This document shows positions 45,286-54,656 of a DNA stretch of 64,000 nucleotides, one piece after another; position 1 is the stretch's first letter, and the number at the start of each line of letters is the position of its first letter. The notes below the pieces were generated by a model. It saw only the letters and a program-made list of their open reading frames with translations, ran no database searches and was not told where the DNA came from. The translations under genes and the position numbers were made by a program. The DNA lies in the NCBI GenBank assembly GCA_022825825.1, contig JAJDWA010000023.1, forward strand, positions 12,707-76,706. Reading direction: 5' to 3'. This DNA is from Candidatus Poribacteria bacterium (GTDB taxonomy: Bacteria; Poribacteria; WGA-4E; WGA-3G).

Positions 45286-45768
45286 ATGGGTGTAAATTAT
45301 GGCAATTCACGAACAACTGGTGAAATGGTTGATGGTAAAAAGCACGGATATTGGATTACCTACTATGCAAATGGACTAAAACGTAGTGAAGGAAACTATG
45401 TTCATGGGAAAAAAGATGGACGTTGGATTCAATACCACAAAAATGGCAACACATATACTGAAGCCTTCTTCCGTGATGATAAGCATGAAGGCACTTACAC
45501 ATCTTATCATGAAAATGGCACCCTCGGAATGGTCGGGACTTATCCTAAACATGAAGGCAAATCTTATGATGGGAAAAAGGAAGGGGCATGGCAATGGTAC
45601 GAAGACGATGGAGAAACGGTCTGGCGTATCATCACCTATAAGAAAGGTGGTGCCCGCGCAAAACCGGATGAATATCCGCTGGGAACGTGCCACGGTTGTG
45701 GCGAAGGCAGACGTTTAAAGTGGGGTGATAGCTGTCCAAAGTGTGATGCAGAGATTGATCAGTTATAA
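45286..45768 (+). CDS. MORN-variant (YwqK-type) repeat protein with a C-terminal Zn ribbon, paralog 1
   Basis: GKKHGYWITYYANGLKRSEGNYVHGKKDGRWIQYHKNGN... repeats. CHGCGEGRRLKWGDSCPKC. Confidence 0.8.
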   Translation: MGVNYGNSRTTGEMVDGKKHGYWITYYANGLKRSEGNYVHGKKDGRWIQYHKNGNTYTEAFFRDDKHEGTYTSYHENGTLGMVGTYPKHEGKSYDGKKEGAWQWYEDDGETVWRIITYKKGGARAKPDEYPLGTCHGCGEGRRLKWGDSCPKCDAEIDQL

Positions 45769-45788
45769 GATTCTAAAATGGAGAAAAA

Positions 45789-46913
45789 ATGAAAAATAAG
45801 AAAGCATTAGGTGAAAGTTTAATTGCAGCAGCAAAAGCTGGTGATATGGATCAAGTCCGTGAACTTGTGGAGAACGGTGCTGATCCGAACTACAGCTGGA
45901 TTCCACCTTTCATGTGGGCATATTTTGAAAGGAACGTGGATATTGCTAAATACTTAATAGAACAGGGCGGCAACGTCAATCACGATGTCTTTTCAGAAGG
46001 TGTCCTGTTAAGTTTCGCTGCAAGAGATGGTGAGTTAAGGTTCTGTGAGTACTTAATTGATGTCGATGCAGAAGTCAATCACGGCATGCCGAAAGGCGGT
46101 GAGACGCCTTTACACAACGCTGCAGAAGCAAATCAACTCAGTGCAATAGATATGTTAATTGAGCATGGTGCAGAAATCAATCAGCGCTCAAAAAAAGGCG
46201 AGTCCGAATTGGAGTTCGGACCGATGGATGGCGAAACCCCGCTGCATATTGCGGCTGCATTGGCGTCAGTTGGCGTTATTCGATTCCTAATTAGCCATGG
46301 TGCCGACAAAACAATCCGAAACTTTTCTGGGATGAGTGCCTACGACTTTGCTGTTAAACATGAACGACCTGAAGAAATCCTTAATATCCTCTATTTTGAA
46401 GAGGAGGCATCACAAGAAAACGAATCTGCTGCTGATGATAAAGAGCGTTCTGGTGAACTGACTAACGATGAAATCGCACAAAAACTGATGGAGCTTCATA
46501 CCATTCTGATTGTTGCTGATTACCCGGAAGACCACGCGTCGCGCTACCCTCGTTTAGCGTACACTATTTCTCGTATGGAGGAATCTGTAGCGGAACTGGC
46601 AACGCAAGGAAAGTTACAAGAGGCAATTCCGGGTGTTGGAGACATCGTCTCAACCATCATCACTGAATATGTAGAAACCGGAACGTGCTCAAAATTACAA
46701 GAGTACGCAAGTGACGTTCCTCAGACAATTGTTGAACTCATCCCTATCCCCGGGCTCGGTCCTAAAACAATTAAACTTCTGTATCAGGAGGCAGGCATTG
46801 ACAGTCTTCTATCGCTCCGAACGGCAATTGACGAAGGTAAGCTAAAAGGGATCAAAGGCATTGGAAAGAAAACTATAGAAAAATTTGAGGAATACCTTAA
46901 TGAAAATTTGTAA
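45789..46913 (+). CDS. ankyrin repeats fused to a palm-less PolX-like 8-kDa/HhH module
   Basis: N-terminal half is ANK (TPLHNAAEANQLSAIDMLIEHGAEINQR...). The C-terminal 150 aa are about 70% identical by eye to the 44764-45270 product. Confidence 0.8.
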   Translation: MKNKKALGESLIAAAKAGDMDQVRELVENGADPNYSWIPPFMWAYFERNVDIAKYLIEQGGNVNHDVFSEGVLLSFAARDGELRFCEYLIDVDAEVNHGMPKGGETPLHNAAEANQLSAIDMLIEHGAEINQRSKKGESELEFGPMDGETPLHIAAALASVGVIRFLISHGADKTIRNFSGMSAYDFAVKHERPEEILNILYFEEEASQENESAADDKERSGELTNDEIAQKLMELHTILIVADYPEDHASRYPRLAYTISRMEESVAELATQGKLQEAIPGVGDIVSTIITEYVETGTCSKLQEYASDVPQTIVELIPIPGLGPKTIKLLYQEAGIDSLLSLRTAIDEGKLKGIKGIGKKTIEKFEEYLNENL

Positions 46914-46967
46914 CGGGTATTCATAAAATGCAGACAAACATTTTCTATTCTGAACAAGAGGTGAATC

Positions 46968-47438
46968 ATGCCAAGTAAACTTGATACGGGTGAGATGGTT
47001 GATGGTCAAAAGCACGGGTATTGGATTACCTATTATGCAAGCGGGATAAAGCGGAGTGAAGGCAACTATATTCATGGCAAAAAGGATGGACCTTGGATCA
47101 ATTATCACAAAAATGGGAACATATCGGGTGAAGCCTCCTTTCGCGATGGAAAATATGAGGGTCTCTGTGTCACTTATTATGAAAACGGGAATCTTAGATC
47201 CAGTGGTGCCTATCCTAAGCATGAGGGTAAATCTTACGATGGCAAAAAGGAAGGACCATTTTATGGTTATGAAGAAGACGGTAAAACGGTATGGCTAATC
47301 GTAACCTATAAAAAGGGTGGTAGTCGTGCAAAACCGGATGAGTATCCCCTCGGAACGTGCGATGTTTGTGGTGAAGGTAGACGTTTAAGTTGGGGTGATA
47401 GTTGTCCAAAGTGTGGCACAGAAATTGATGAGTCATAA
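46968..47438 (+). CDS. MORN-variant repeat protein with a C-terminal Zn ribbon, paralog 2
   Basis: Collinear with paralog 1. CDVCGEGRRLSWGDSCPKC. Confidence 0.8.
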   Translation: MPSKLDTGEMVDGQKHGYWITYYASGIKRSEGNYIHGKKDGPWINYHKNGNISGEASFRDGKYEGLCVTYYENGNLRSSGAYPKHEGKSYDGKKEGPFYGYEEDGKTVWLIVTYKKGGSRAKPDEYPLGTCDVCGEGRRLSWGDSCPKCGTEIDES

Positions 47439-47453
47439 GCAAGAGGTGAAATT

Positions 47454-47918
47454 ATGGCAAGTTCACGAGATACAGGCGAAATGATTGATGGTAAAAAGCA
47501 TGGGTATTGGATTACCTATTACGCGAGCGGATTAAAACGTAGCGAAGGCAACTTTGTCCATGGCAAAAAGGATGGGAAATGGATTCTCTATCACAAGAAT
47601 GGAAATATATCCAGCGTGGCTTACTTTCGAGATAATAAGTACGAAGGCGAGTATATATGCTATCATGAAAATGGGAATCGCAAATGGGGCGGTCCCTACA
47701 AAATGCATGATGGCACTTCTTCCGACGGTAGAAAAGAAGGTGTCTGGCACTGTTGGGAAGAGGATGGCGAAACGGTATGGCGTATCATCACCTATAAGAA
47801 AGGCGGTGCCCGCGCAAAACCCGATGAACATCCGTTTGGTGAATGTCCCGGTTGCGGTGAAGGCAGACGTTCCAATTGGAAAAATAACTGTCCACGATGC
47901 GGAACTGAACTTGACTAA
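47454..47918 (+). CDS. MORN-variant repeat protein with a C-terminal Zn ribbon, paralog 3
   Basis: Collinear with paralogs 1 and 2. CPGCGEGRRSNWKNNCPRC. Confidence 0.8.
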   Translation: MASSRDTGEMIDGKKHGYWITYYASGLKRSEGNFVHGKKDGKWILYHKNGNISSVAYFRDNKYEGEYICYHENGNRKWGGPYKMHDGTSSDGRKEGVWHCWEEDGETVWRIITYKKGGARAKPDEHPFGECPGCGEGRRSNWKNNCPRCGTELD

Positions 47919-47964
47919 CACAAACAGTCTGTAAGTACGAATGTATTATCCTCTTAGATCGTAA

Positions 47965-47996
47965 GGTGAGGCCTTTGTGCCTCACCATTTTCATTT
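47965..47996 (+). terminator. probable rho-independent terminator (family B-like unit)
   Basis: ggtgaggc-ctttgt-gcctcacc followed by attttcattt. Confidence 0.55.
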
Positions 47997-48087
47997 AAAC
48001 GAGAAAACTTTATGTTAATGCGTAATGCGTTGCGGTATGTATACGCTTTTATGCCCTCCTTTGTGTTTATAAGAATCACATCTATAT

Positions 48088-48116
48088 TTGACAAATATAA
48101 TTCAAAAGCGTATAAT
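48088..48116 (+). promoter_or_regulatory. consensus sigma70 promoter upstream of the rhodanese gene
   Basis: TTGACA (48088-48093), exactly 17 nt, TATAAT (48111-48116). Confidence 0.6.
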
Positions 48117-48208
48117 ATAAACACAAGCAAGCATGAAGTCGAAAACGAAACTTATGCACGTTCAGCATAAAATTACTTAAAATTTCTGGACAGGGAGGCA
48201 AAATAGAT

Positions 48209-49057
48209 ATGGCTGATTACGCTAATCCTGACGTTTTGGTAAGTACGGAGTGGGTTGCCGAGCATGGTAGTGATGCTGGCATCCGCCTACTTGAAGTTGA
48301 TGTGGACACATCTGCCTATGGAGAAGGACATATTGCAGGGGCAGTCGGCTTGAATTGGCAAACGCAGCTGTGCGACCAAATCCGACGCGATATTCTCACG
48401 AAAGATCAATTTGAGGCACTCTGCAACGACAGTGGCATTGCTAACGACACCACCGTTATCTTTTATGGTGATAACAACAACTGGTTCGCCACGTACGCAT
48501 TGTGGCAATTCCGTTACTATGAGCATGATGAGAGTCTGCTGAAGGTTATGAATGGTGGTCGTCAAAAATGGATTGATGAAGGCAGAGAACTCGTTACAGA
48601 TGTTCCTTCTTATGCTGCCACTGGGTATCAGGCGAAATTCCCGGATGACAACGTCCGCTCAACAAAGGACAATATCCTACCCACGCTGGAGCAAGGTGTT
48701 ATCAATCTCGTTGACGTGCGTTCACCCGCAGAATTTTCGGGTGAAGTGATTGCACCGCCGGGCATGAGTGAAACCGCACAACGTGGTGGGCATATCCCGG
48801 GCGCAGCGAATATTCCGTGGGCCACTGCGGTGGCGGAAGACGGCACCTTTAAGTCTTATGACGAATTGGCATCCATATACGGTGGTGCAGGTGTTGACGC
48901 CAGTAAAGAGACCATCGCTTACTGCCGAATCGGCGAACGTTCATCGCATACATGGTTTGTGCTAAAATACCTACTCGGTTATGAGAAGGTTCGCAACTAT
49001 GATGGCAGTTGGACAGAGTGGGGCAATTTGGTCGGCGCGCCCATAGCACGCGATTAA
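48209..49057 (+). CDS. thiosulfate sulfurtransferase (two-domain rhodanese)
   Basis: Active-site loop CRIGERSS (CRxGxR[ST], thiosulfate-type). Tandem rhodanese domains, 282 aa. Confidence 0.9.
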   Translation: MADYANPDVLVSTEWVAEHGSDAGIRLLEVDVDTSAYGEGHIAGAVGLNWQTQLCDQIRRDILTKDQFEALCNDSGIANDTTVIFYGDNNNWFATYALWQFRYYEHDESLLKVMNGGRQKWIDEGRELVTDVPSYAATGYQAKFPDDNVRSTKDNILPTLEQGVINLVDVRSPAEFSGEVIAPPGMSETAQRGGHIPGAANIPWATAVAEDGTFKSYDELASIYGGAGVDASKETIAYCRIGERSSHTWFVLKYLLGYEKVRNYDGSWTEWGNLVGAPIARD

Positions 49058-49119
49058 ACTTGAAATGGGGTGATACGGAAGTCGCCCCAAATTCCTTGCA
49101 ATATGCGAAAGATTGAAGC

Positions 49120-49407
49120 ATGAAATTTATTTCTGCCCATGCGATTGCCTGTATGACACGCCAAGATGTGGCACGATTGCTAAAGCGGTTCCAAGAAGAA
49201 GCAAACGATGATGTCCGCAACATCCGTGTCTTATGTGATACGTTATCAGGTAGAATGGTTTGTGAATGGGAAGCACGCGACAAACTAACGCTCATTGAGT
49301 GGTTGAAGAAGTGTAACGTGCAATTACGAGGCACAGGTGAATGGGTCATGGCGGTTCAATACGAATCCGTTGGTGATGAACTCATAGCAGCAGGACAAAC
49401 TCGTTAG
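49120..49407 (+). CDS. small DUF4242-like protein
   Basis: 95 aa. The ...RVLCDTLSGRMVCEWEARDKLTLIEWLKK... pattern resembles DUF4242/SCO4226-type proteins. Weak call. Confidence 0.4.
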   Translation: MKFISAHAIACMTRQDVARLLKRFQEEANDDVRNIRVLCDTLSGRMVCEWEARDKLTLIEWLKKCNVQLRGTGEWVMAVQYESVGDELIAAGQTR

Positions 49408-49449
49408 ATATCTTCTGATTCTGATAAAGTACCGCATCTCAAAATACCG

Positions 49450-50283
49450 ATGTACTACCTGACACGGCAGGCCGCCTTTGAGGCGTCTCATTACAATCGG
49501 ATTCCCGAATTGAGCGATGCCGAAAACTTTGAACTGTTCGGTGCCGCAGCGAATCCAAATAGCCACGGGCACAACTATGTGCTTGAGGTGATGGTCAAAG
49601 GGGATTTAGATGTCGATGACGGGATGGTCATTAACTTGACGACTTTAGATGCGTTGTTGAAAACAGAAGTGATTGCGAATTATGATCACAAGCACCTGAA
49701 CAAACAACACCCCATTTTTGCTAAGAATCCACTGCTACAACCTACATGTGAAAACATTACCATTGAAATATGGCAACGACTCGTTCCATCCCTTCCCGAT
49801 GGACTACTCCATCGGGTTCGACTCTATGAAAGTTCATCACGATTTGCTGATTACTATGGAGAAGATTTGATGGTTTATCTCACCAAAGTTTATGAGTTCA
49901 GTGCAGCACACCGTTTACATAGCCAGGTGCTTAGCGATGAGGAAAACCGAGAAATTTTCGGGAAATGTAACAATCCTGCTGGGCATGGGCATAATTACGT
50001 ACTTGAAGTCACCGTCCGAGGTGATGTAGATGCAAAAACTGGGCTGGTCGCGGGTTTAAATCTGCTTGACGAGGTAGTCGAAAAACAGGTTTATGCACGT
50101 TTCGATTACAAACACCTAAATCTTGATACACCAGAATTTGAGAAACTCAATCCGACATCCGAAAACTTCGTAAAAGTACTTTGGGATGTATTAGAACCGA
50201 ATCTGCGTCCGGTGGTCTTACACCGCCTGCGCTTGCGAGAAACACCCAAAAATCATTTTGATTACTATGGAGAATCCTCTTAA
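49450..50283 (+). CDS. tandem-domain 6-pyruvoyl-tetrahydropterin / 6-carboxy-tetrahydropterin synthase (PTPS/QueD family, duplicated)
   Basis: Two PTPS units. Unit 1: FEASHYN...FGAAANPNSHGHNYVLEVMV. Unit 2: FSAAHRLHS...FGKCNNPAGHGHNYVLEVTV. Only the second keeps the catalytic Cys. Confidence 0.85.
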   Translation: MYYLTRQAAFEASHYNRIPELSDAENFELFGAAANPNSHGHNYVLEVMVKGDLDVDDGMVINLTTLDALLKTEVIANYDHKHLNKQHPIFAKNPLLQPTCENITIEIWQRLVPSLPDGLLHRVRLYESSSRFADYYGEDLMVYLTKVYEFSAAHRLHSQVLSDEENREIFGKCNNPAGHGHNYVLEVTVRGDVDAKTGLVAGLNLLDEVVEKQVYARFDYKHLNLDTPEFEKLNPTSENFVKVLWDVLEPNLRPVVLHRLRLRETPKNHFDYYGESS

Positions 50284-50286
50284 TTT

Positions 50287-50895
50287 ATGAATACTGAACA
50301 GGACAGTGAAGCTGATCACAAGCATGAATTGCAAGATAAGACAGCAAGTTTAGAATCTCTTTATGGACAGATTATTGAGCATCTGGGAGAAGACCTAAGT
50401 CGTGAAGGTTTGGTAAAAACACCACTCCGCGCCGCTAAAGCATTAGAGTTTTTGACAAGCGGATACAACCAGGAACTCAATACAGTATTGAATGAAGCTA
50501 TCTTTGACGAAGATTTTGACGAAATGGTCATTGTCAAGGATATTGAATTTTATAGTCTTTGTGAGCACCACATCCTACCGTTTTGGGGGAAGTGTCATGT
50601 GGGTTATCTTCCACGGAAACAGGTTATCGGTATAAGTAAAATTCCGCGAATTGTGGATATGTTTGCCCGGCGTTTGCAGGTACAAGAGAGGTTGACCCGT
50701 GAGATTGCCGAGGCACTTGAAACAGTTTTGAACCCGACAGGCGTTGGCGTTGTTATGGAGGCACAACACATGTGTATGATGGCGCGCGGTGTGGAAAAGC
50801 AAACCTCAAAGATGACAACAAACGCTATGCTTGGCACATTTCGGGAAGATAGTTCAACGCGTTCTGAATTTCTTAGGTGCATTCAAGGTGTCTAA
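50287..50895 (+). CDS. folE: GTP cyclohydrolase I (FolE type I)
   Basis: [22 protein letters not shown] and RLQVQERLT signatures. Confidence 0.95.
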   Translation: MNTEQDSEADHKHELQDKTASLESLYGQIIEHLGEDLSREGLVKTPLRAAKALEFLTSGYNQELNTVLNEAIFDEDFDEMVIVKDIEFYSLCEHHILPFWGKCHVGYLPRKQVIGISKIPRIVDMFARRLQVQERLTREIAEALETVLNPTGVGVVMEAQHMCMMARGVEKQTSKMTTNAMLGTFREDSSTRSEFLRCIQGV

Positions 50896-50934
50896 GAGGT
50901 CGACAGCACGCTGCGTGTACCTACTACTTTTAAT

Positions 50935-51690
50935 ATGAACATGTTAAAACAAAACAGTATCAACGATGGACAAATAAATAATCTTGAAGGAAAAATTGCG
51001 ATTGTCACTGGCGCATCAAAAGGCATCGGCAAAGCAATAGCAGTTGCCTTAGCAGATGCAGGTGCAAAGGTAGTCCTCGCTGCACGCACACGTCAGACTG
51101 TAGAACAGGCCGCAGCAGAACTTAGAGAGACAGGCGCGGATGCAATCGCTGTTCCCACTGATATCACAGATGTTAATGCTGTGAAAAACCTTGTCCAACG
51201 CACATTGGATACCTATCAGAATTTGGATATTTTGATAAACAATGCAGGAAGCGGTAAATTTGGAACCGTTGCCGATTTTGCCCCATCAGATTGGGACAGT
51301 GTCATTAATTCCAATTTGAAAGGGGTTTATCTTTGTGCAAAATACGCACTTCCACATTTATTACAAGGTGGTGGACAGATTATTAACGTGCTTTCTATCG
51401 CTGCAAAGGTGGCTTTCCCCGCTTCAAGCGCATATTGCGCCGCAAAAGCAGGTGCGCTTGCTTTAACAAAGGTCCTGGCTGCTGAAGTGCGTGATCAAAA
51501 TATACGGGTAACAGCAGTCCTACCCGGTTCTGTTGAAACACCATTTTGGGACGATATTCCACAACATCCCGATTTTGAAAAGATGCTCAAACCGGAGCAT
51601 GTGGCAAACGTCGTTCTATCTGTGTGTCAGCAACCGATTGGCATGGTTACCGAAGAAATTGTTGTGATGCCACCACTTGGAATTTTGTAG
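50935..51690 (+). CDS. SDR-family oxidoreductase (possible sepiapterin/pteridine reductase role by context)
   Basis: GKIAIVTGASKGIGKAIA, NNAG, YCAAKAG. Confidence 0.85.
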   Translation: MNMLKQNSINDGQINNLEGKIAIVTGASKGIGKAIAVALADAGAKVVLAARTRQTVEQAAAELRETGADAIAVPTDITDVNAVKNLVQRTLDTYQNLDILINNAGSGKFGTVADFAPSDWDSVINSNLKGVYLCAKYALPHLLQGGGQIINVLSIAAKVAFPASSAYCAAKAGALALTKVLAAEVRDQNIRVTAVLPGSVETPFWDDIPQHPDFEKMLKPEHVANVVLSVCQQPIGMVTEEIVVMPPLGIL

Positions 51691-51771
51691 ATATTCTTAT
51701 ATTCAGTTATCGGTGAAAAGGAGTTTCCTTCTGAAAACCGATAACTATTTTGTTGGAATTGCCGCAAACGA

Positions 51772-54450
51772 TTAGGTATTAAATCTACCGAGTCTCCGTC
51801 GAATACGAATTTTCTTGATAGCCCGTGTATCAGCATCTAAAATTGTGATTACTGCATCGCCAAGGTCTAATTCCGTGCCTGTTTCCGGAATTGTGCCAGT
51901 ACGATCCAGAATATAGCCAGCGATAGTTTCATAATCCCCCTGGGGAATTGGTAGTCCATAGTGTTCTTTCAAAATATCAACCTCGGTTCTACCTTCACAT
52001 TCAAGAATATCGGGGGCAATTAAATGGATGGAATCGGGGTCATCGCGTTCATCATCAAATTCGCCAACAATTTCTTCAATGAGGTCTTCAACAGTCACAA
52101 GGCCGACAATACCGCTATATTCATCAACAGCAAATACCATCGTATGCTGAGTATCCTGAATTTCTTTGAGGAGTGCGTTAATATTTTTCGATTCAGGAAC
52201 AACATGTATATCTGTACGGATAAACGGTTCGATCGTTTCAGGTTGGTTTTCAGCATAGGTAACATCTAAAAGGTTAACAATTCCAACAATGTCGTAAATA
52301 CGTTCGTCGTATACTGGAATCCGAGAGTAACCAGAATCAGCGGCAATTTGTAAAAAATCTTCACATGTTGTATTTTTTTCTACTGCGACAATATCAACGA
52401 GGGGCACCATAACTTGCCTAACAGTACGGTCTTGAAAGTTGAGTAGACGGTGAATCATGCGTCTTTGTTCTGTTAGCAGATTGCCCGATCTTTCACCCAT
52501 AGTTGCAAGTAATCGTAATTCTTCACGTTGCGCATCAAGGGTAGGTGGGGTCGCCCCTCTATCTATAAGTTTGGCGAGAACTTTTGTTACAGTTTGGACA
52601 AAATAGATTAAGGGCGCTAAAATATATTCAGATAATCGTAAAGGATACGCGAAACGCAAAGCAAGGGCATCCGCCTTGACACGAAAAATCGTTTTTGGCA
52701 AAATTTCTCCGAAGATAAGTAGTAGCACAGTTATGTAAATGACAGTGACAATCCCTCGCAATTCATCTGTAAAACTTGGTACTATTTCTTTAGTTAATCG
52801 ATCTCCAAATAGTGAAATTAGGACATTTGCGAGATTTGTTCCCACCAAAGTGAGCGCAAGCATTTTATCAGGGAATTCAACTAAACGATAGATAATTTTC
52901 GCCTTTGCGTCGTTCGTTTCAACAAGTTGGTTCATTCGGATTTTATTGACGGAGACGAGGGCAGTCTCTGAACCCGAATAAAAAGCTGACAGAACAAGGC
53001 AGATAAGCACCGCTAAAACAAATGAACTAATGAGTATCGCAGTATGTGTTACGCTGCCAGCACCGATTAAAAAGACAGACAATAGAAGTATTTTCAATGG
53101 AACGGCAGTGCCCCCTATATTCCCATTGTTAGGTTCTTCAGGTGTTGGGACTCGGATAAACAGTCCTGTAATTAGATTGCCTTCTGTGGCAGTGATTTCA
53201 AATTCTATACCGTTTTCGTCAACATGAGATTCACCGACAGAGGGAATTCGTCCAAAAAGTCCGAGTGTGTATCCACCAATTGTATCAGCATCATCTTCTT
53301 GAATTTTGAGTCCAAATTGTTGGTTGAGCTCGCGAATACTGATGCGTCCGGTAGTTTCTATCAATAGCGGATCATCTGAATGTTTGATATACTTTGGAGC
53401 AGAATCATCTTTATCATGTTCATCAACGATATCTCCTACTACCTGTTCAACGATATCTTCAGTTGTAACGATGCCGGAAATTCCACCGTATTCATCACGA
53501 AGAATCGCCATTTTGGTTTTTTCGTTTTGCAGTTGGAGTAGCAGTATTCCGATTTTTCGGGTTTCAAGGACTAAAAAAGGTTCGCGAATTAATGGAGCGT
53601 TTGTATTTTTCTCCCGTTTTTCAAGAAATTCATCTATTGTAAGCGAATTAATCTCTGCAAGGTGCCACTGCGCTAAATCTTTGACATAGAAAATACCACA
53701 GATGTTATCAATCTGTTTCCGATAAACAGGAATGCGAGAAAACCCCGATTCTTTTGCCTGTGCCAAGGTGTCTTGGATAGTGTTTGAGGTGGGGACTGCA
53801 GCAACTTCAGTTCTGGGAACCATAATTTCTTTTGCTTCAATATCTCGTAATTGAAGGATATTGCTCACGATTTCGCGTTCATCGGGTGGAAGCGTTTCTT
53901 CGTGATAAGCTTTAAAGAACTCTTGTAAATCTGTTGTCGTGAACTCCTCTTCAGGTGGCGGGTGTCCACCAAATATTGGGATAAGCTTATCAATGATTTT
54001 GCGTAGAAGTGCGCGTAAAGGGGAAATGAAAATGGAAAATGCCCACAACGGTGGGGCAGTTATTTTAGAGAAGGACTCCGCATGCTTAATTGCATAAGTT
54101 TTCGGTGTCATTTCACCGAAAATGAGCATGGGGATCACGCTGAGTGTTGTAGCAATAACAAACTGAGTAAGCTCAGCAGCTTGGGGAAGTATTTTCTTCT
54201 CAACAAGCTGAAACATAATAATAGCGAATGTAACGTTAACCAGATTGTTTCCAAGGAGGACAGTAATAAATAATCTGCGTGGGTTGTCAACGAAATTGAC
54301 AATTGCAGACGATTTTCCGCGCTTGAGACGTATCTTTTCGATCTGCACTCGCGTTAAAGCGCATAGAGCCGTCTCGGACCCGGAAAAAAAGCCGGAGAGG
54401 ATAAGTAAACCTACCAATCCAATTAGATAAGGCAGTAGTGGAACTTCCAT
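51772..54450 (-). CDS. tandem-fused CNNM/CorC (HlyC/CorC, TlyC-like) transporter: 2 x (DUF21 - CBS pair - CorC_HlyC)
   Basis: The first unit spans roughly aa 1-440 (FFSGSETAL..., IMVPRTEV..., GRISIRELNQQFGL...). The second spans roughly aa 465-892 (FYSGSETAL..., VMVPLVDI..., GRTEVDILKEHYGL...). Confidence 0.9.
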   Translation of the reverse strand: MEVPLLPYLIGLVGLLILSGFFSGSETALCALTRVQIEKIRLKRGKSSAIVNFVDNPRRLFITVLLGNNLVNVTFAIIMFQLVEKKILPQAAELTQFVIATTLSVIPMLIFGEMTPKTYAIKHAESFSKITAPPLWAFSIFISPLRALLRKIIDKLIPIFGGHPPPEEEFTTTDLQEFFKAYHEETLPPDEREIVSNILQLRDIEAKEIMVPRTEVAAVPTSNTIQDTLAQAKESGFSRIPVYRKQIDNICGIFYVKDLAQWHLAEINSLTIDEFLEKREKNTNAPLIREPFLVLETRKIGILLLQLQNEKTKMAILRDEYGGISGIVTTEDIVEQVVGDIVDEHDKDDSAPKYIKHSDDPLLIETTGRISIRELNQQFGLKIQEDDADTIGGYTLGLFGRIPSVGESHVDENGIEFEITATEGNLITGLFIRVPTPEEPNNGNIGGTAVPLKILLLSVFLIGAGSVTHTAILISSFVLAVLICLVLSAFYSGSETALVSVNKIRMNQLVETNDAKAKIIYRLVEFPDKMLALTLVGTNLANVLISLFGDRLTKEIVPSFTDELRGIVTVIYITVLLLIFGEILPKTIFRVKADALALRFAYPLRLSEYILAPLIYFVQTVTKVLAKLIDRGATPPTLDAQREELRLLATMGERSGNLLTEQRRMIHRLLNFQDRTVRQVMVPLVDIVAVEKNTTCEDFLQIAADSGYSRIPVYDERIYDIVGIVNLLDVTYAENQPETIEPFIRTDIHVVPESKNINALLKEIQDTQHTMVFAVDEYSGIVGLVTVEDLIEEIVGEFDDERDDPDSIHLIAPDILECEGRTEVDILKEHYGLPIPQGDYETIAGYILDRTGTIPETGTELDLGDAVITILDADTRAIKKIRIRRRLGRFNT

Positions 54451-54656
54451 TTTTTGAGGGGACGAGTTTAATAAGATGTTCGTCCAGGGACACCTAACCT
54501 CAGTTTTTGGGTGCTAAAATACAGTATATTCACTATTGATATAACGTAGTTTAGGGTTTATTATAACATGTTAACACATTAAATGCAACAAAAATTTGGT
54601 AATTAGCAGATTCTGACGAAAGACGCAGGTGCAAACTACCAAGAAAACCAAATAAG

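Noticed and set aside
45286-47918. Calling the MORN/YwqK-type proteins antitoxins of a YwqJ/YwqK TA system
   Set aside because: No LXG/deaminase-type toxin gene is adjacent, and the proteins carry an extra Zn ribbon. The antitoxin label from family naming is not supported by context. The long alternative-frame and antisense ORFs in these genes (45376-45693, 45386-45718, 46842-47222, 47532-47921, 47554-47934) are compositional artefacts.
48121-48208. 15-codon uORF (MKSKTKLMHVQHKIT) or a riboswitch in the rhodanese 5' UTR
   Set aside because: No RBS precedes the uORF, and I recognise no riboswitch consensus. Kept only as part of the promoter/UTR annotation.
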